Assembly (NCBI GenBank): GCA_002634385.1
Contig: NSJL01000027.1
Coordinates: forward strand, 1 to 50,783
DNA: 50,783 nt
From: Nitrospira sp.
GTDB lineage: Bacteria; Nitrospirota; Thermodesulfovibrionia; Thermodesulfovibrionales; Dissulfurispiraceae
Reading direction: 5' to 3'
The notes below the pieces were generated by a model. It made no database searches. It was given only the letters and a program-made list of their open reading frames with translations, and was not told where the DNA came from. Positions 45,824 through 50,783 of this stretch are shown in pieces. Within the stretch, counting starts at the first letter, position 1. Every line of letters starts with the position of its first letter. The position numbers and the translations under genes were made by a program.

Positions 45824-46660
45824 ATGACAACACACGGCAAGATCGAAGGAGCGATTTCCATACGAAAGGTAACAAAGATTTACGATCCTGAGGGAGCCCG
45901 CGTGATGGCGATGAAGGACTGTTCGTTCGAAATGGGAGCGGGAGAATTCACCATCATTGTCGGGCCGTCGGGGTGCGGCAAAACCACTCTCCTCAACGCG
46001 GTAGCGGGGTTCGATACCATTACCTCCGGGGAGATCCTTCTGGACGGGGATACCCTCTCCTCCTCCCTGAAACAGATCAAACCGAATGTCGACCGGATGG
46101 TCGTCTTTCAAAATGGTGCCCTGTTCCCCTGGAAGACGGTCCTGGAGAATATCATCTACGGGCCTGTTGTCCAGGGCAGGATGAAAAGGCCCGCCGCAGT
46201 CGGGCACGCACGGGGAATGCTGCACCAGGTGGGACTGGGGGAGATCGAAGACAAGTACCCTGAAGAGCTTTCCTCGGGAGTGCAGAGGAGAGTAGAGATA
46301 TTGAGGGCCCTTATCAACCAGCCGAAGGTCATTATGCTGGACGAGCCCTTCCGGGGCCTCGATGCGGTGGCCAAGACCGTGATGCACGAGTTCCTGATGG
46401 AAGTCTTCTGCGCCTCCCCCCGGACGATGTTTTTTATCACCCACGACCTGGACGAAGCCATATTCCTGGGCCATAAAGTAGTGATCATGACCACCAGGCC
46501 CGCGCAGGTCAAAAAAATCGTTTCCGTGGACCTTCCGTGGCCCCGCGAGCACCACATCATGAACTCCCGCGAGTACCTCAAACTGAAGCAGGAGGTGCTC
46601 GAGGCGGTGCATGAAGAGGCGAAAAAAGCCTTCGAGGCGGGAGAACGGGAGCTGGCATGA
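45824..46660 (+). CDS. ABC transporter ATP-binding protein, copy 1
   Basis: Walker A GPSGCGKTT. Signature LSSGVQRR. Walker B IMLDEPF. Start abuts the permease stop. Confidence 0.85.
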   Translation: MTTHGKIEGAISIRKVTKIYDPEGARVMAMKDCSFEMGAGEFTIIVGPSGCGKTTLLNAVAGFDTITSGEILLDGDTLSSSLKQIKPNVDRMVVFQNGALFPWKTVLENIIYGPVVQGRMKRPAAVGHARGMLHQVGLGEIEDKYPEELSSGVQRRVEILRALINQPKVIMLDEPFRGLDAVAKTVMHEFLMEVFCASPRTMFFITHDLDEAIFLGHKVVIMTTRPAQVKKIVSVDLPWPREHHIMNSREYLKLKQEVLEAVHEEAKKAFEAGERELA

Positions 46661-46688
46661 CAAAAAAAAGAACAAGAGTCCATTGCAC

Positions 46689-47462
46689 ATGAAAAAAATG
46701 AAAAAGGTCTTCACGGTCAGGACGCTCAGGGGACTGCTTTCCATTGTCCTCCTTGTCGTTCTCTGGCAGCTTGTCGTCTTTGCGAAAGTCCCTTACCTGG
46801 AGAACCTGCCCTATCCGAATGAGGTTACGGTGCATGGCGTTGAGGCGGTACAGTCGAAAACATACTGGCTCAATTGGGAAGTCAGCCTTATTCGTATATT
46901 TGCCGGATTCATTGCGGCCCAGGTGATCGGAATCCCTTTCGGCCTCGCAATGGGTGCCAGCAAAGTTTTCAGGGACTTTACCTTCCCCGTTTTCGAGATG
47001 CTCAGGCCGGTTCCTCCCATCGCATGGATACCCCTCGCCATCCTCTTCTGGCCGACACGGGAGCTGTCTATCTACTTCCTGGTCTTCGTCGGGGCGTTCT
47101 TCATCATTGTCATAAATGTCCTGCAGGGTGTATCCAATATCTCCGCATCCCTCAAGTGGGCTGCCTATTCACTTGGGGCCCGACCGAAGGATGTCTTCTG
47201 GAAGATCATGGTGCCCGGCTCGCTCCCCTCTATCGTTACGGGAATGACGGTAGGCATGGGGGTAACCTGGAATGTCCTTATCGCCGCAGAGATGATCGCG
47301 GGGCAGGGGGGGCTGGGGAGGATGACATGGGAGGCATATACCAACCACAACATACCCCTGATTGTTGTCGGTATGGTGAGTATAGGGGTGGCGGGCTACC
47401 TGTGCAGCATGGCGATTCGCTGGCTCGGAGAGAAAGCGATGCCCTGGAAAAAAAGATTTTGA
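46689..47462 (+). CDS. ABC transporter permease (NitT/TauT family), copy 2
   Basis: Paralog of 45011..45823 (same TM layout, FPVFEMLRPVPPIAWIPLAILF vs FPLVEILRPMPPLSWIPLAVLI). Confidence 0.7.
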   Translation: MKKMKKVFTVRTLRGLLSIVLLVVLWQLVVFAKVPYLENLPYPNEVTVHGVEAVQSKTYWLNWEVSLIRIFAGFIAAQVIGIPFGLAMGASKVFRDFTFPVFEMLRPVPPIAWIPLAILFWPTRELSIYFLVFVGAFFIIVINVLQGVSNISASLKWAAYSLGARPKDVFWKIMVPGSLPSIVTGMTVGMGVTWNVLIAAEMIAGQGGLGRMTWEAYTNHNIPLIVVGMVSIGVAGYLCSMAIRWLGEKAMPWKKRF

Positions 47463-47475
47463 CAAGGAGCGTATC

Positions 47476-48372
47476 ATGGCAGGCAATAACGGCAACAGCG
47501 TAATGAGCAAAGGGAATTTCGGCGAAGTTCGCATAGAGGACGTAACGAAGGTATATGAAAAAGAAGGGACGCGTCACATGGTACTGCAGGACTGCACGCT
47601 GCATGTCCCGAGGGGAAAACTCACCGTCCTCATGGGCCCCTCCGGCTGCGGGAAGACCGTACTGGTCAACCTGATTGCGGGATACGAGAAGCCCACGTCA
47701 GGGCACGTGCGTATCGATGGCACGGGGGTAACCGGGCCGGGACCCGACCGCCTTGTGGTGTTTCAGGAGACGGCCCTTTTCCCCTGGATGACCGTTTACT
47801 CGAATGTGGTCTTCGGGTGCTCAGTACAGGGAGTTCCCAAAAAGGAAATCAGGGAAAAAGCGGAGCTCATCCTGAAAAAAGTGGGGCTCTATGAGTTCAG
47901 GGATAAGTATCCCAGCCAGCTCTCCGGGGGGATGCAGAGAAGGGCCGAGCTTGCGCGGGCGATGATCAATGACCCGAAGATCATGATACTCGACGAACCC
48001 TTCAGGGGCCTGGACGCCATGACGCGGCAACTGATGCAGGAGTTTTATGTCGGCCTTTTCGAAGAGGTCGGCAGAACAAACCTCTTTATCACCCACGAGA
48101 TTGACGAAGCCATCTTCCTGGCGGACAGGCTCGTTATCATGACCTATCAACCCGGGAAGATCAAGGCGGAAATAGAGGTCGACCTGCCGAGGCCGAGGGA
48201 GTTCCACCTGCTCGCCTCGTCGCGCTTTATGGAGATACGCGAACAGGCAATCGATCTGCTCTATGAGGAGGCGGCAAAGGCCTTTTCCGCAGGAAGCAAG
48301 GCGGCCTACGACCTCGTCGGAGCTCTGGTAGCACAGAAGGGGGCTTGCAAGCCCACATGCAAGCCCCGGTAA
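47476..48372 (+). CDS. ABC transporter ATP-binding protein, copy 2
   Basis: Walker A GPSGCGKTV. Signature LSGGMQRR. Walker B IMILDEPF. Confidence 0.85.
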   Translation: MAGNNGNSVMSKGNFGEVRIEDVTKVYEKEGTRHMVLQDCTLHVPRGKLTVLMGPSGCGKTVLVNLIAGYEKPTSGHVRIDGTGVTGPGPDRLVVFQETALFPWMTVYSNVVFGCSVQGVPKKEIREKAELILKKVGLYEFRDKYPSQLSGGMQRRAELARAMINDPKIMILDEPFRGLDAMTRQLMQEFYVGLFEEVGRTNLFITHEIDEAIFLADRLVIMTYQPGKIKAEIEVDLPRPREFHLLASSRFMEIREQAIDLLYEEAAKAFSAGSKAAYDLVGALVAQKGACKPTCKPR

Positions 48373-48475
48373 GCAGGGCGGAGACAATGGCCGCATCCGC
48401 CGGCAGGGTAACGTACAATTCCCTGCTTTCCGGCAGGAGAGCGGCTTTCCCCTCTCCCGGAAGCCGATACCGTGC

Positions 48476-49192
48476 ATGACCATTGATACGATCTGGATCG
48501 CCGCCGTAATATTCCTCGCCTCCCTGCTCCAGGGGGTTTTCGGATTCGCTTTCATGTTGATTGCGTTACCGCTGCTCTCCTTTCTCCTCAGCATGAAAGT
48601 CGCCGTTCCCTTGTTGTCCTTTTTTCTCGCACTTCTGTCGGGGATTCTTGCATTTCAATTACGCGACAAGTTCGATTATCGGGGCGTTGTCCCGCTCCTT
48701 CTCGGCGGAATTGCCGGGATACCCGCGGGGATCTTCTTCCTCCTCAAATTCAATGATACGCTGATAAAGGCGATCCTCGGCATTGTTCTCATCCTCTATT
48801 CTGCATATTCCCTGTTTCTCAAGCGGGTACCCTTCAGGTTCCCGGGATGGGCAGGATACCTGTTCGGTTTTTTCGCGGGGGCTCTCGGCGGTGCATTCAA
48901 TATCACCGGTCCCCCCGTCGTCTTTTATCTGTCTGCCCGGGAAGGCTCGAAAATCGATATAATCGGTTCCCTGAACTTTTTCTTCTGCGTCACCAGCATA
49001 CTGGTACTGGCATTGCATACAGCGGTCGGGAATATAACGTACGAGATTACGATGACCTTTCTGGAGCTTATCCCCGTAATGCTGGCGGGAATGCTGGCAG
49101 GCGGACATATCCTGAAGAAAATGAATGAGGACATATACAGGAAGGGATTGTTCCTTCTCCTCTTTGTTATGGGGGTAATGCTTCTCCTGTAA
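48476..49192 (+). CDS. TauE/SafE (TSUP, DUF81) family sulfite/anion exporter membrane protein
   Basis: 238 aa, about 7-8 TM. Internal duplication with Gly-rich motifs (GGIAGIPAG; AGALGGAFNITGPP). Confidence 0.7.
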   Translation: MTIDTIWIAAVIFLASLLQGVFGFAFMLIALPLLSFLLSMKVAVPLLSFFLALLSGILAFQLRDKFDYRGVVPLLLGGIAGIPAGIFFLLKFNDTLIKAILGIVLILYSAYSLFLKRVPFRFPGWAGYLFGFFAGALGGAFNITGPPVVFYLSAREGSKIDIIGSLNFFFCVTSILVLALHTAVGNITYEITMTFLELIPVMLAGMLAGGHILKKMNEDIYRKGLFLLLFVMGVMLLL

Positions 49193-49244
49193 GCCGGAAA
49201 AGGCTTCCCTGTTTGACATTTGGGAATACTTTTTTATAAAGTTA

Positions 49245-49874
49245 GTGATTATGGAGCATTCAGCGATTCAACTCATCCTGCAAGCAGGATACGTCGTAAA
49301 GGCAGTCCTCATTGTCCTCCTCTTCTTCTCGGTGATGTCGTGGACCATTATCTTTTTTAAATGGCGCCAGTTTTCGAAAGCCGACAGGGAGAGCTATGAC
49401 TTCATGAGGGTATTCGATGCAACCCACAATCCCCGGGATCTTTTCTCGTCCTCGAAGAAGTATCCTTCCAGTCATCTGGCCGCCCTGTTCAAGTCCGTCT
49501 ATTCGGAAAAGACCTACACGGAAAGGGACGAGCTCAAGAGGATGCTGCGGAGGTACAGCGCTCTCGAGGCCGCAAAGCTCGAGAGGTATCTCAATTTCCT
49601 CGCCACCACCGGCTCCACGGCCCCCTTCATCGGGCTGTTCGGAACCGTCTGGGGGATCATGAACGCCTTCAGGGGAATCGGAGCGGCCGGGTCCGCATCC
49701 CTGGCGGTGGTCGCTCCCGGCATTGCGGAGGCGCTGATCGCCACGGCGGTGGGCCTTGCTGCCGCCATTCCCGCGGTCATCGCCTATAACTACTACCTGA
49801 GCAGGGCGAACCGCATGATCATCGATATGGATGACTTTTCAGAGGAATTGGTCGACTACCTTCTGAGGCAGTAA
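49245..49874 (+). CDS. tolQ: MotA/TolQ/ExbB proton-channel protein
   Basis: 209 aa, 3 TM. Conserved TAPFIGLFGTVWGIM...AVVAPGIAEALIATA.GL.AAIPAVIAYN. Confidence 0.8.
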   Translation: MIMEHSAIQLILQAGYVVKAVLIVLLFFSVMSWTIIFFKWRQFSKADRESYDFMRVFDATHNPRDLFSSSKKYPSSHLAALFKSVYSEKTYTERDELKRMLRRYSALEAAKLERYLNFLATTGSTAPFIGLFGTVWGIMNAFRGIGAAGSASLAVVAPGIAEALIATAVGLAAAIPAVIAYNYYLSRANRMIIDMDDFSEELVDYLLRQ

Positions 49875-49879
49875 GAGGC

Positions 49880-50281
49880 ATGAAAGTATCCCGAAAAAGA
49901 ACAGCCCTCTCCGAGATCAACGTTACGCCCCTGGTCGATGTGATGCTGGTGCTGCTGATCATCTTTATGGTTACCGCGCCTCTCCTCCAGCAGGGAGTCG
50001 ATGTGAACCTGCCCAAGGCAAAGGGGAAAGACCTTCCCCCCGAGGAAAGGATCTCCATCGTCATCAAGAAGGGAGGCGTCCTCTATCTGAACGACAATCC
50101 CCTCCCGATGGCCGAGCTTACGAAGAAGCTCTCCGCCGTCAGCCAGCGGAACCCCAATGTCTTTCTGAAGGCGGATAAAGAGGTGCCCTACGGGCTTGTG
50201 GTGGAAGTAATGGGCGAAATAAAGGAGGCAGGGATTGAAAAACTCGGCATGATCACCGAGCCGAAGATTTCGCTGCCATGA
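49880..50281 (+). CDS. tolR: ExbD/TolR biopolymer transport protein
   Basis: 133 aa, INVTPLVDVMLVLLIIFMVTAP signature. Confidence 0.8.
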   Translation: MKVSRKRTALSEINVTPLVDVMLVLLIIFMVTAPLLQQGVDVNLPKAKGKDLPPEERISIVIKKGGVLYLNDNPLPMAELTKKLSAVSQRNPNVFLKADKEVPYGLVVEVMGEIKEAGIEKLGMITEPKISLP

Positions 50282-50783
50282 AAGCACAGAGCTTTCAGAG
50301 CGCCCTCCTTTCCTCCCTCTTCCTCCATGTCCTCCTGGTAATCGCAGCGGTCTTCGGCGTCCGTCATTCGAGCTTCTACAAAACCCCTGCCCCCTATGTG
50401 GTCTCCCTCATGGACGAATCGTCCTCTGCCGCACCCCGCAGGAGCGGAGGGGAAAGCCCGAAGGAGGAACTCCCCCGGGAAGAGAAGGAAACACAGGAGC
50501 CTGCCGTAGTCGCTCCCCCTCCCCCGGAAAAAGAGAAACCAAGTGCGAAGAAAAAGGAAGATGAATCCCTGGTACAGGACAGGATCGCCGCGCTGGAGGC
50601 GAAGAGGAAGATCGAAAAGCTGGCATCCCTGAGAAAGGTCATCGACATCGCCCCCCCCGGGAGCGCCGCCCCCGCCGCAACGAGGCTCCCCGTCCCCCCG
50701 TTGAAGGAAAGCGGACCAGGGGGGAGCGGCGCAGCGCCTTCAGGAGGTGCGGATTATTATTCCCTTGTGGTGAGCAAGATACG
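50278..50783 (+). CDS. TolA/TonB-like energy-transducing protein (5' partial; runs off the window end)
   Basis: ATG at 50278 overlaps the tolR stop. N-terminal TM (LLSSLFLHVLLVIAAVF), then a Pro/Glu/Lys-rich extended region. No stop before position 50783. Confidence 0.55.
   Translation, partial: MKAQSFQSALLSSLFLHVLLVIAAVFGVRHSSFYKTPAPYVVSLMDESSSAAPRRSGGESPKEELPREEKETQEPAVVAPPPPEKEKPSAKKKEDESLVQDRIAALEAKRKIEKLASLRKVIDIAPPGSAAPAATRLPVPPLKESGPGGSGAAPSGGADYYSLVVSKI

Noticed and set aside
45572-46744. 390-aa minus-strand ORF
   Set aside because: It is antisense to the ABC permease/ATPase genes, which have clear Walker motifs.
1-50783. CRISPR arrays, rRNA genes, integrase/transposase genes
   Set aside because: No direct-repeat/spacer periodicity, no rRNA-like conserved blocks and no recombinase/transposase-like ORFs were seen anywhere in the window. 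The low-GC island next to the tRNA lacks a recognizable integrase in this window.

Overview
High-GC bacterial chromosomal window. The gene content (URO-D-family corrinoid methyltransferases, tungsten/selenium-style TGA-containing redox proteins, sigma-54 regulator, TusA/DsrE sulfur relay) suggests an anaerobic Desulfobacterota-like (deltaproteobacterial) organism; this is inference. The dominant feature is a ~19.6 kb run of 19 co-directional minus-strand genes (5443..25063) with mostly 1-25 nt junctions. Read upstream to downstream it encodes bacterial-microcompartment (BMC) shell proteins (PduB-like, BMC-H, BMC-P, Fe-S PduT-like BMC-T), an acylating aldehyde dehydrogenase with an N-terminal encapsulation-peptide-like extension, a PduS/RnfC-like flavo-Fe-S protein and a PanB-like hydroxymethyltransferase with a C-terminal amphipathic extension. 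These are followed by a complete corrinoid-dependent methyl-transfer / tetrahydrofolate C1 module: four MtaA/URO-D-family methyltransferases, one B12-binding corrinoid protein, a RamA-type reductive activase, DUF1638, an MtrH/pterin-binding methyl-THF:corrinoid methyltransferase, two MetF paralogs and formate-THF ligase, plus an embedded hcp. This metabolosome + corrinoid-methyltransferase + THF combination is the main candidate for an undescribed system. Other content: two small selenoprotein genes with in-frame TGA and SECIS-like hairpins (glutaredoxin-like, AhpD-like), a decayed Ku-LigD(Pol) fusion remnant and a BON lipoprotein. An AT-rich mosaic segment (25.1-32.1 kb) carries a large GAF-domain protein and a two-gene SF1-helicase-like defence-type module next to a tRNA(CAT). 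Also present: hisA/hisF, an LPS-related GT2 + DUF3108 pair, hldE-kinase and a PP-loop ATPase. A sulfur-relay/ABC-import locus (TusA, DsrE-like x2, sigma-54 EBP, porin-like OMP, Tat-SBP, duplicated permease/ATPase pairs, TauE/SafE exporter) is followed by tolQ-tolR-tolA (the last truncated by the window end). Several palindromic repeats and a MITE-like 15-bp perfect inverted-repeat element are noted. No CRISPR arrays or rRNA are present.
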